From contig JBHGNT010000150.1 of assembly GCA_043228905.1 (NCBI GenBank), forward strand, positions 705 through 64,704: a stretch of 64,000 nt of DNA. The letters are read 5' to 3'. Under the pieces are notes generated by a model that had not been told where the DNA came from, searched no databases, and saw only the letters and a program-made list of their open reading frames with translations. Both the position numbers and the translations under genes were made by a program. Each line of letters starts with the position of its first letter. Position 1 is the first letter of the stretch. The DNA comes from Azolla caroliniana. Lineage: Eukaryota; Plantae; Polypodiophyta. This document shows, one piece after another, positions 1 to 13,149 of this stretch.

Positions 1-2754
1 TTGTGTTCAAACATGCGAATCGAAGCGAACAACGCTAGCTATGAGATAGAATTAAAAAATCAAGATTTTGAAACTCAGGTCGAAAGACATGACGAAATTA
101 GCAAATTTGAGTAGTGAGTTGAGGGGAGCCCTTGAGTAAATTAAAATGTTCATACTTGGTTCGTGTGATATCGGATTTTTGTGTTCAAACATGCGATTCG
201 AAGCTAACAACGCTAGCTATGATATGGAATTAAAAAATCAAGATTTTGAAACTCAGGTCGAGAGACATGACGAAATTAGCAAATTTGAGGAGTGAGTTGA
301 GAAGAGCTAGTAGGTAAATTAAAATGTTCATACCTGGCTCGTGTGATATCGGATTTTTGTGTTCAAACATGCGAAACGAAGCTAACAACGCTAGCTATGA
401 TATGAAATTAAAAGATCAAGATTTTGAAACTCAGGTCGAGAGACATGACGAAATTACCAAATTTGAATAGTGAGTTGAGAGGAGCCCTTGAGTAAATGAA
501 AATGTTCATACCTGGCTCGTGTGATATCGGATTTTTGTGTTCAAACATGCGAAACGAAGCTAACAACGCTAGCTATGATATGGAATTAAAAAATCAAGAT
601 TTTGAAACTCAGGTCGAGAGACATGACGAAATTAGCAAATTGGAGGAGTGAGTTGAGAGGAGCTCTTGAGTAAATGAAAATGTTCATACCTGGCTCGTGT
701 GATATCGGATTTTTGTGTTCAAACATGCGAATCGAAGCGAACAACGCTAGCTATGAGATAGAATTAAAAAATCAAGATTTTGAAACTCAGGTCGAAAGAC
801 ATGACGAAATTAGCAAATTTGAGTAGTGAGTTGAGGGGAGCCCTTGAGTAAATTAAAATGTTCATACTTGGTTCGTGTGATATCGGATTTTTGTGTTCAA
901 ACATGCGATTCGAAGCTAACAACGCTAGCTATGATATGGAATTAAAAAATCAAGATTTTGAAACTCAGGTCGAGAGACATGACGAAATTAGCAAATTTGA
1001 GGAGTGAGTTGAGAAGAGCTAGTAGGTAAATGAAAATGTTCATACCTGGCTCGTGTGATATCGGATTTTTGTGTTCAAACATGCGAAACGAAGCTAACAA
1101 CGCTAGCTATGATATGAAATTAAAAGATCAAGATTTTGAAACTCAGGTCGAGAGACATGACGAAATTACCAAATTTGAGTAGTGAGTTGAGAGGAGCTCT
1201 TGAGTAAATGAAAATGTTCATACCTGGCTCGTGTGATATCGGATTTTTGTGTTCAAACATGCGAATCGAAGCTAACAACGCTAGCTATGATATGAAATTA
1301 AAAGATCAAGATTTTGAAACTCAGGTCAAGAGACATGACGAAATTACCAAATTTGAATAGTGAGTTGAGGGGAGCCCTTGAGTAAATGAAAATGTTCATA
1401 CCTGGCTCGTGTGATATCGGATTTTTGTGTTCAAACATGCGAAACGAAGCTAACAACGCTAGCTATGATATGGAATTAAAAAATCAAGATTTTGAAACTC
1501 AGGTCGAGAGACATGACGAAATTACCAAATTTGAATAGTGAGTTGAGAGGAGCCCTTGAGTAAATGAAAATGTTCATACCTGGTTCGTGTGATATCGGAT
1601 TTTTGTGTTCAAACATGCGAAACGAAGCTAACAACGCTAGCTATGATATGGAATTAAAAAATCAAGATTTTGAAACTCAGGTCGAGAGACATGACGAAAT
1701 TAGCAAATTGGAGGAGTGAGTTGAGAAGAGCTAGTAGGTAAATGAAAATGTTCATACCTGGCTCGTGTGATATCGGACTTTTGTGTTCAACCATGCGAAA
1801 CGAAGCTAACAACGCTAGCTATGATATGAAATTAAAAGATCAAGATTTTGAAACTCAGGTCGAGAGACATGACGAAATTACCAAATTTGAGTAGTGAGTT
1901 GAGAGGAGCCCTTGAGTAAATGAAAATGTTCATACCTGGTTCGTGTGATATCGGATTTTTGTGTTCAAACATGCGAAACGAAGCTAACAACGCTAGCTAT
2001 GATATGGAATTAAAAAATCAAGATTTTGAAACTCAGGTCGAGAGACATGACGAAATTAGCAAATTGGAGGAGTGAGTTGAGAAGAGCTAGTAGGTAAATG
2101 AAAATGTTCATACCTGGCTCGTGTGATATCGGACTTTTGTGTTCAACCATGCGAAACGAAGCTAACAACGCTAGCTATGATATGAAATTAAAAGATCAAG
2201 ATTTTGAAACTCAGGTCGAGAGACATGACGAAATTACCAAATTTGAGTAGTGAGTTGAGAGGAGCTCTTGAGTAAATGAAAATGTTCATACCTGGCTCGT
2301 GTGATATCGGATTTTTGTGTTCAAACATGCGAATCGAAGCGAACAACGCTAGCTATGAGATAGAATTAAAAAATCAAGATTTTGAAACTCAGGTCGAAAG
2401 ACATGACGAAATTAGCAAATTTGAGTAGTGAGTTGAGGGGAGCCCTTGAGTAAATTAAAATGTTCATACTTGGTTCGTGTGATATCGGATTTTTGTGTTC
2501 AAACATGCGATTCGAAGCTAACAACGCTAGCTATGATATGGAATTAAAAAATCAAGATTTTGAAACTCAGGTCGAGAGACATGACGAAATTAGCAAATTT
2601 GAGGAGTGAGTTGAGAAGAGCTAGTAGGTAAATGAAAATGTTCATACCTGGCTCGTGTGATATCGGATTTTTGTGTTCAAACATGCGAAACGAAGCTAAC
2701 AACGCTAGCTATGATATGAAATTAAAAGATCAAGATTTTGAAACTCAGGTCGAG

Positions 2755-5700
2755 AGACATGACGAAATTACCAAATTTGAGTAGTGAGTTGAGAGGAGCT
2801 CTTGAGTAAATGAAAATGTTCATACCTGGCTCGTGTGATATCGGATTTTTGTGTTCAAACATGCGAATCGAAGCTAACAACGCTAGCTATGATATGAAAT
2901 TAAAAGATCAAGATTTTGAAACTCAGGTCAAGAGACATGACGAAATTACCAAATTTGAATAGTGAGTTGAGGGGAGCCCTTGAGTAAATGAAAATGTTCA
3001 TACCTGGCTCGTGTGATATCGGATTTTTGTGTTCAAACATGCGAAACGAAGCTAACAACGCTAGCTATGATATGGAATTAAAAAATCAAGATTTTGAAAC
3101 TCAGGTCGAGAGACATGACGAAATTACCAAATTTGAATAGTGAGTTGAGAGGAGCCCTTGAGTAAATGAAAATGTTCATACCTGGTTCGTGTGATATCGG
3201 ATTTTTGTGTTCAAACATGCGAAACGAAGCTAACAACGCTAGCTATGATATGGAATTAAAAAATCAAGATTTTGAAACTCAGGTCGAGAGACATGACGAA
3301 ATTAGCAAATTGGAGGAGTGAGTTGAGAAGAGCTAGTAGGTAAATGAAAATGTTCATACCTGGCTCGTGTGATATCGAACTTTTGTGTTCAACCATGCGA
3401 AACGAAGCTAACAACGCTAGCTATGATATGAAATTAAAAGATCAAGATTTTGAAACTCAGGTCGAGAGACATGACAAAATTACCAAATTTGAGTAGTGAG
3501 TTGAGAGGAGCTCTTGAGTAAATGAAAATGTTCATACCTGGCTCGTGTGATATCGGATTTTTGTGTTCAAACATGCGAATCGAAGCGAACAACGCTAGCT
3601 ATGAGATAGAATTAAAAAATCAAGATTTTGAAACTCAGGTCGAAAGACATGACGAAATTAGCAAATTTGAGTAGTGAGTTGAGGGGAGCCCTTGAGTAAA
3701 TTAAAATGTTCATACTTGGTTCGTGTGATATCGGATTTTTGTGTTCAAACATGCGATTCGAAGCTAACAACGCTAGCTATGATATGGAATTAAAAAATCA
3801 AGATTTTGAAACTCAGGTCGAGAGACATGACGAAATTAGCAAATTTGAGGAGTGAGTTGAGAAGAGCTAGTAGGTAAATTAAAATGTTCATACCTGGCTC
3901 GTGTGATATCGGATTTTTGTGTTCAAACATGCGAAACGAAGCTAACAACGCTAGCTATGATATGAAATTAAAAGATCAAGATTTTGAAACTCAGGTCAAG
4001 AGACATGACGAAATTACCAAATTTGAATAGTGAGTTGAGAGGAGCCCTTGAGTAAATGAAAATGTTCATACCTGGCTCGTGTGATATCGGATTTTTGTGT
4101 TCAAACATGCGAAACGAAGCTAACAACGCTAGCTATGATATGGAATTAAAAAATCAAGATTTTGAAACTCAGGTCGAGAGACATGACGAAATTAGCAAAT
4201 TGGAGGAGTGAGTTGAGAAGAGCTAGTAGGTAAATGAAAATGTTCATACCTGGCTCGTGTGATATCGGACTTTTGTGTTCAAACATGCGAAACGAAGCTA
4301 ACAACGCTAGCTATGATATGAAATTAAAAGATCAAGATTTGGAAACTCAGGTCGAGAGACATGACGAAATTACCAAATTTGAGTAGTGAGTTGAGAGGAG
4401 CTCTTGAGTAAATGAAAATGTTCATACCTGGCTCGTGTGATATCGGATTTTTGTGTTCAAACATGCGAAACGAAGCTAACAACGCTAGCTATGATATGGA
4501 ATTAAAAAATCAAGATTTTGAAACTCAGGTCGAGAGACATGACGAAATTAGCAAATTGGAGGAGTGAGTTTAGAAGAGCTAGTAGGTAAATGAAAATGTT
4601 CATACCTGGCTCGTGTGATATCGGATTTTTGTGTTCAAACATGCGAAACGAAGCTAACAACGCTAGCTATGATATGAAATTAAAAGATCAAGATTTTGAA
4701 ACTCAGGTCGAGAGACATGACGAAATTACCAAATTTGAGTAGTGAGTTGAGAGGAGCCCTTGAGTAAATGAAAATGTTCATACCTGGCTCGTGTGATATC
4801 GGATTTTTGTGTTCAAACATGCGAATCGAAGCTAACAACGCTAGCTATGATATGAAATTAAAAGATCAAGATTTTGAAACTCAGGTCGAGAGACATGACG
4901 AAATTAGCAAATTGGAGGAGTGAGTTGAGAAGAGCTAGTAGGTAAATGAAAATGTTCATACCTGGCTCGTGTGATATCGGACTTTTGTGTTCAAACATGC
5001 GAAACGAAGCTAACAACGCTAGCTATGATATGAAATTAAAAGATCAAGATTTTGAAACTCAGGTCGAGAGACATGACGAAATTACCAAATTTGAGTAGTG
5101 AGTTGAGAGGAGCTCTTGAGTAAATGAAAATGTTCATACCTGGCTCGTGTGATATCGGATTTTTGTGTTCAAACATGCGAAACGAAGCTAACAACGCTAG
5201 CTATGATATGGAATTAAAAGATCAAGATTTTGAAACTCAGGTCGAGAGACATGACGAAATTAGCAAATTTGAGTAGTGAGTTGAGAGGAGCTCTTGAGTA
5301 AATGAAAATGTTCATACCTGGCTCGTGTGATATCGGATTTTTGTGTTCAAACATGCGAATCGAAGCGAACAACGCTAGCTATGAGATAGAATTAAAAAAT
5401 CAAGATTTTGAAACTCAGGTCGAAAGACATGACGAAATTACCAAATTTGAGTAGTGAGTTGAGAGGAGCTCTTGAGTAAATGAAAATGTTCATACCTGGC
5501 TCGTGTGATATCGGATTTTTGTGTTCAAACATGCGAATCGAAGCTAACAACGCTAGCTATGATATGAAATTAAAAGATCAAGATTTTGAAACTCAGGTCA
5601 AGAGACATGACGAAATTACCAAATTTGAATAGTGAGTTGAGGGGAGCCCTTGAGTAAATGAAAATGTTCATACCTGGCTCGTGTGATATCGGATTTTTGT

Positions 5701-8094
5701 GTTCAAACATGCGAAACGAAGCTAACAACGCTAGCTATGATATGGAATTAAAAAATCAAGATTTTGAAACTCAGGTCGAGAGACATGACGAAATTACCAA
5801 ATTTGAATAGTGAGTTGAGAGGAGCCCTTGAGTAAATGAAAATGTTCATACCTGGTTCGTGTGATATCGGATTTTTGTGTTCAAACATGCGAAACGAAGC
5901 TAACAACGCTAGCTATGATATGGAATTAAAAAATCAAGATTTTGAAACTCAGGTCGAGAGACATGACGAAATTAGCAAATTGGAGGAGTGAGTTGAGAAG
6001 AGCTAGTAGGTAAATGAAAATGTTCATACCTGGCTCGTGTGATATCGAACTTTTGTGTTCAACCATGCGAAACGAAGCTAACAACGCTAGCTATGATATG
6101 AAATTAAAAGATCAAGATTTTGAAACTCAGGTCGAGAGACATGACAAAATTACCAAATTTGAGTAGTGAGTTGAGAGGAGCTCTTGAGTAAATGAAAATG
6201 TTCATACCTGGCTCGTGTGATATCGGATTTTTGTGTTCAAACATGCGAATCGAAGCGAACAACGCTAGCTATGAGATAGAATTAAAAAATCAAGATTTTG
6301 AAACTCAGGTCGAAAGACATGACGAAATTAGCAAATTTGAGTAGTGAGTTGAGGGGAGCCCTTGAGTAAATTAAAATGTTCATACTTGGTTCGTGTGATA
6401 TCGGATTTTTGTGTTCAAACATGCGATTCGAAGCTAACAACGCTAGCTATGATATGGAATTAAAAAATCAAGATTTTGAAACTCAGGTCGAGAGACATGA
6501 CGAAATTAGCAAATTTGAGGAGTGAGTTGAGAAGAGCTAGTAGGTAAATTAAAATGTTCATACCTGGCTCGTGTGATATCGGATTTTTGTGTTCAAACAT
6601 GCGAAACGAAGCTAACAACGCTAGCTATGATATGAAATTAAAAGATCAAGATTTTGAAACTCAGGTCAAGAGACATGACGAAATTAGCAAATTTGAGTAG
6701 TGAGTTGAGAGGAGCCCTTGAGTAAATGAAAATGTTCATACCTGGCTCGTGTGATATCGGATTTTTGTGTTCAAACATGCGAAACGAAGCTAACAACGCT
6801 AGCTATGATATGGAATTAAAAAATCAAGATTTTGAAACTCAGGTCGAGAGACATGACGAAATTAGCAAATTGGAGGAGTGAGTTGAGAAGAGCTAGTAGG
6901 TAAATGAAAATGTTCATACCTGGCTCGTGTGATATTGGACTTTTGTGTTCAAACATGCGAAACGAAGCTAACAACGCTAGCTATGATATGAAATTAAAAG
7001 ATCAAGATTTGGAAACTCAGGTCGAGAGACATGACGAAATTACCAAATTTGAGTAGTGAGTTGAGAGGAGCTCTTGAGTAAATGAAAATGTTCATACCTG
7101 GCTCGTGTGATATCGGATTTTTGTGTTCAAACATGCGAAACGAAGCTAACAACGCTAGCTATGATATGGAATTAAAAAATCAAGATTTTGAAACTCAGGT
7201 CGAGAGACATGACGAAATTAGCAAATTGGAGGAGTGAGTTTAGAAGAGCTAGTAGGTAAATGAAAATGTTCATACCTGGCTCGTGTGATATCGGATTTTT
7301 GTGTTCAAACATGCGAAACGAAGCTAACAACGCTAGCTATGATATGAAATTAAAAGATCAAGATTTTGAAACTCAGGTCGAGAGACATGACGAAATTACC
7401 AAATTTGAGTAGTGAGTTGAGAGGAGCCCTTGAGTAAATGAAAATGTTCATACCTGGCTCGTGTGATATCGGATTTTTGTGTTCAAACATGCGAATCGAA
7501 GCTAACAACGCTAGCTATGATATGAAATTAAAAGATCAAGATTTTGAAACTCAGGTCGAGAGACATGACGAAATTAGCAAATTGGAGGAGTGAGTTGAGA
7601 AGAGCTAGTAGGTAAATGAAAATGTTCATACCTGGCTCGTGTGATATCGGACTTTTGTGTTCAAACATGCGAAACGAAGCTAACAACGCTAGCTATGATA
7701 TGAAATTAAAAGATCAAGATTTTGAAACTCAGGTCGAGAGACATGACGAAATTACCAAATTTGAGTAGTGAGTTGAGAGGAGCTCTTGAGTAAATGAAAA
7801 TGTTCATACCTGGCTCGTGTGATATCGGATTTTTGTGTTCAAACATGCGAAACGAAGCTAACAACGCTAGCTATGATATGGAATTAAAAGATCAAGATTT
7901 TGAAACTCAGGTCGAGAGACATGACGAAATTACCAAATTTGAGTAGTGAGTTGAGAGGAGCTCTTGAGTAAATGAAAATGTTCATACCTGGCTCGTGTGA
8001 TATCGGATTTTTGTGTTCAAACATGCGAATCGAAGCGAACAACGCTAGCTATGAGATAGAATTAAAAAATCAAGATTTTGAAACTCAGGTCGAA
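2755..8094. repeat. Tandem duplication of a 15-monomer block (2670 bp x2)
   Basis: Rare variants pair at a 2670 offset: GATATCGAAC 3371/6041, ATGACAAAAT 3471/6141, GGAAACTCAG 4341/7011, TAGAAGAG 4571/7241. A chimeric A/E monomer at 5341 marks the junction. Confidence 0.9.
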
Positions 8095-9099
8095 AGACAT
8101 GACGAAATTAGCAAATTTGAGTAGTGAGTTGAGGGGAGCCCTTGAGTAAATTAAAATGTTCATACTTGGTTCGTGTGATATCGGATTTTTGTGTTCAAAC
8201 ATGCGATTCGAAGCTAACAACGCTAGCTATGATATGGAATTAAAAAATCAAGATTTTGAAACTCAGGTCGAGAGACATGACGAAATTAGCAAATTTGAGG
8301 AGTGAGTTGAGAAGAGCTAGTAGGTAAATTAAAATGTTCATACCTGGCTCGTGTGATATCGGAATTTTGTGTTCAAACATGCGAAACGAAGCTAACAACG
8401 CTAGCTATGATATGAAATTAAAAGATCAAGATTTTGAAACTCAGGTCGAGAGATATGACGAAATTACCAAATTTGAATAGTGAGTTGAGAGGAGCCCTTG
8501 AGTAAATGAAAATGTTCATACTTGGCTCGTGTGATATCGGATTTTTGTGTTCAAACATGCGAAACGAAGCTAACAACGCTAGCTATGATATGGAATTAAA
8601 AAATTAAGATTTTGAAACTCAGGTCGAGAGACATGACGAAATTAGCAAATTGGAGGAGTGAGTTGAGAAGAGCTAGTAGGTAAATGAAAATGTTCATACC
8701 TGGCTCGTTTGATATCGGATTTTTGTGTTCAAACATGCGAAACGAAGCTAACAACGCTAGCTATGATATGAAATTAAAAGATCAAGATTTTGAAACTCAG
8801 GTCGAGAGACATGACGAAATTACCAAATTTGAGTAGTGAGTTGAGAGGAGCTCTTGAGTAAATGAAAATGTTCATACCTGGCTCGTGTGATATCGGATTT
8901 TTGTGTTCAAACATGCGAATCGAAGCTAACAACGCTAGCTATGATATGAAATTAAAAGATCAAGATTTTGAAACTCAGGTCGAGAGACATGACGAAATTA
9001 CCAAATTTGAATAGTGAGTTGAGAGGAGCCCTTGAGTAAATGAAAATGTTCATACCTGGCTCGTGTGATATCGGATTTTTGTGTTCAAACATGCGAAAC

Positions 9100-10880
9100 G
9101 AAGCTAACAACGCTAGCTATGATATGGAATTAAAAAATCAAGATTTTGAAACTCAGGTCGAGAGACATGACGAAATTAGCAAATTTGAGGAGTGAGTTGA
9201 GAAGAGCTAGTAGGTAAATTAAAATGTTCATACCTGGCTCGTGTGATATCGGATTTTTGTGTTCAAACATGCGATTCGAAGCTAACAACGCTAGCTATGA
9301 TATGGAATTAAAAAATCAAGATTTTGAAACTCAGGTCGAGAGACATGACGAAATTAGCAAATTGGAGGAGTGAGTTGAGAAGAGCTAGTAGGTAAATGAA
9401 AATGTTCATACCTGGCTCGTGTGATATCGGACTTTTGTGTTCAAACATGCGAAACGAAACTAACAACGCTAGCTATGATATGAAATTAAAAGATCAAGAT
9501 TTTGAAACTCAGGTCGAGAGACATGACGAAATTACCAAATTTGAGTAGTGAGTTGAGAGGAGCTCTTGAGTAAATGAAAATGTTCATACCTGGCTCGTGT
9601 GATATCGGATTTTTGTGTTCAAACATGCGAATCGAAGCTAACAACGCTAGCTATGATATGAAATTAAAAGATCAAGATTTTGAAACTCAGGTCGAGAGAC
9701 ATGACGAAATTACTAAATTTGAATAGTGAGTTGAGGGGAGCCCTTGAGTAAATGAAAATGTTCATACCTGGCTCGTGTGATATCGGATTTTTGTGTTCAA
9801 ACATGCGAAACGAAGCTAACAACGCTAGCTATGATATGGAATTAAAAAATCAAGATTTTGAAACTCAGGTCGAGAGACATGACGAAATTAGCAAATTGGA
9901 GGAGTGAGTTGAGAAGAGCTAGTAGGTAAATGAAAATGTTCATACCTGGCTCGTGTGATATCGGATTTTTGTGTTCAAACATGCGAAACGAAGCTAACAA
10001 CGCTAGCTATGATATGGAATTAAAAAATCAAGATTTTGAAACTCAGGTCGAGAGACATGACGAAATTAGCAAATTTGAGGAGTGAGTTGAGAAGAGCTAG
10101 TAGGTAAATTAAAATGTTCATACCTGGCTCGTGTGATATCGGATTTTTGTGTTCAAACATGCGATTCGAAGCTAACAACGCTAGCTATGATATGGAATTA
10201 AAAAATCAAGATTTTGAAACTCAGGTCGAGAGACATGACGAAATTAGCAAATTGGAGGAGTGAGTTGAGAAGAGCTAGTAGGTAAATGAAAATGTTCATA
10301 CCTGGCTCGTGTGATATCGGACTTTTGTGTTCAAACATGCGAAACGAAACTAACAACGCTAGCTATGATATGAAATTAAAAGATCAAGATTTTGAAACTC
10401 AGGTCGAGAGACATGACGAAATTACCAAATTTGAGTAGTGAGTTGAGAGGAGCTCTTGAGTAAATGAAAATGTTCATACCTGGCTCGTGTGATATCGGAT
10501 TTTTGTGTTCAAACATGCGAATCGAAGCTAACAACGCTAGCTATGATATGAAATTAAAAGATCAAGATTTTGAAACTCAGGTCGAGAGACATGACGAAAT
10601 TACCAAATTTGAATAGTGAGTTGAGGGGAGCCCTTGAGTAAATGAAAATGTTCATACCTGGCTCGTGTGATATCGGATTTTTGTGTTCAAACATGCGAAA
10701 CGAAGCTAACAACGCTAGCTATGATATGGAATTAAAAAATCAAGATTTTGAAACTCAGGTCGAGAGACATGACGAAATTAGCAAATTGGAGGAGTGAGTT
10801 GAGAAGAGCTAGTAGGTAAATGAAAATGTTCATACCTGGCTCGTGTGATATCGGATTTTTGTGTTCAAACATGCGAAACG
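9100..10880. repeat. Tandem duplication of a 5-monomer block (890 bp x2)
   Basis: GAAACGAAACTAAC occurs at 9451 and 10341 with the same monomer order around both. Ends are approximate. Confidence 0.8.
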
Positions 10881-13149
10881 AAGCTAACAACGCTAGCTAT
10901 GATATGAAATTAAAAGATCAAGATTTTGAAACTCAGGTCGAGAGACATGACGAAATTACCAAATTTGAGTAGTGAGTTGAGAGGAGCTCTTGAGTAAATG
11001 AAAATGTTCATACCTGGCTCGTGTGATATCGGATTTTTGTGTTCAAACATGCGAATCGAAGCGAACAACGCTAGCTATGAGATAGAATTAAAAAATCAAG
11101 ATTTTGAAACTCAGGTCGAAAGACATGACGAAATTAGCAAATTTGAGTAGTGAGTTGAGGGGAGCCCTTCAGTAAATTAAAATGTTCATACTTGGTTCGT
11201 GTGATATCGGATTTTTGTGTTCAAACATGCGATTCGAAGCTAACAATGCTAGCTATGATATGGAATTAAAAAATCAAGATTTTGAAACTCAGGTCGAGAG
11301 ATATGACGAAATTAGCAAATTTGAGGATTGAGTTGAGAAGAGCTAGTAGGTAAATTAAAATGTTCATACCTGGCTCGTGTGATATCGGAATTTTGTGTTC
11401 AAACATGCGAAACGAAGCTAACAACGCTAGCTATGATATGGAATTAAAAAATCAAGATTTTGAAACTCAGGTCGAGAGACATGACGAAATTACCAAATTT
11501 GAATAGTGAGTTGAGAGGAGCCCTTGAGTAAATGAAAATGTTCATACCTGGTTCGTGTGATATCGGATTTTTGTGTTCAAACATGCGAAACGAAGCTAAC
11601 AACGCTAGCTATGATATGGAATTAAAAAATCAAGATTTTGAAACTCAGGTCGAGAGACATGACGAAATTAGCAAATTGGAGGAGTGAGTTGAGAAGAGCT
11701 AGTAGGTAAATGAAAATGTTCATACCTGGCTCGTGTGATATCGGACTTTTGTGTTCAACCATGCGAAACGAAGCTAACAACGCTAGCTATGATATGAAAT
11801 TAAAAGATCAAGATTTTGAAACTCAGGTCGAGAGACATGACGAAATTACCAAATTTGAGTAGTGAGTTGAGAGGAGCTCTTGAGTAAATGAAAATGTTCA
11901 TACCTGGCTCGTGTGATATCGGATTTTTGTGTTCAAACATTCGAATCGAAGCTAACAATGCTAGCTATGATATGAAATTAAAAGATCAAGATTTTGAAAC
12001 TCAGGTCGAGAGACATGACGAAATTACCAAATTTGAATAGTGAGTTGAGGGGAGCCCTTGAGTAAATGAAAATGTTCATACCTGGCTCGTGTGATATCGG
12101 ATTTTTGTGTTCAAACATGCGAAACGAAGCTAACAACGCTAGCTATGATATGAAATTAAAAGATCAAGATTTTGAAACTCAGGTCGAGAGACATGACGAA
12201 ATTACCAAATTTGAATAGTGAGTTGAGAGGAGCCCTTGAGTAAATGAAAATGTTCATACCTGGCTCGTGTGATATCGGATTTTTGTGTTCAAACATGCGA
12301 AACGAAGCTAACAACGCTAGCTATGATATGGAATTAAAAAATCAAGATTTTGAAACTCAGGTCGAGAGACATGACGAAATTAGCAAATTGGAGGAGTGAG
12401 TTGAGAAGAGCTAGTAGGTAAATGAAAATGTTCATACCTGGCTCGTGTGATATCGGACTTTTGTGTTCAAACATGCGAAACGAAGCTAACAACGCTAGCT
12501 ATGATATGAAATTAAAAGATCAAGATTTTGAAACTCAGGTCGAGAGACATGACGAAATTACCAAATTTGAGTAGTGAGTTGAGAGGAGCTCTTGAGTAAA
12601 TGAAAATGTTCATACCTGGCTCGTGTGATATCGGATTTTTGTGTTCAAACATGCGAATCGAAGCGAACAACGCTAGCTATGAGATAGAATTAAAAAATCA
12701 AGATTTTGAAACTCAGGTCGAGAGACATGACGAAATTACCAAATTTGAATAGTGAGTTGAGAGGAGCCCTTGAGTAAATGAAAATGTTCATACCTGGCTC
12801 GTGTGATATCGGATTTTTGTGTTCAAACATGCGAATCGAAGCGAACAACGCTAGCTATGAGATAGAATTAAAAAATCAAGATTTTGAAACTCAGGTCGAA
12901 AGACATGACGAAATTAGCAAATTTGAGTAGTGAGTTGAGGGGAGCCCTTGAGTAAATTAAAATGTTCATACTTGGTTCGTGTGATATCGGATTTTTGTGT
13001 TCAAACATGCGATTCGAAGCTAACAACGCTAGCTATGATATGGAATTAAAAAATCAAGATTTTGAAACTCAGGTCGAGAGATATGACGAAATTAGCAAAT
13101 TTGAGGAGTGAGTTGAGAAGAGCTAGTAGGTAAATTAAAATGTTCATAC

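Noticed and set aside
105-140. Telomeric repeat or G-quadruplex in the purine-rich GAGTAGTGAGTTGAGGGGAG tract
   Set aside because: There are no TTTAGGG or TTAGGG units, and at most one run of three or more G per monomer.
1-178. 5S rRNA, tRNA or snRNA tandem gene array
   Set aside because: I recognise no 5S coding sequence, cloverleaf, Pol III A/B/C boxes or Sm site in the monomer.
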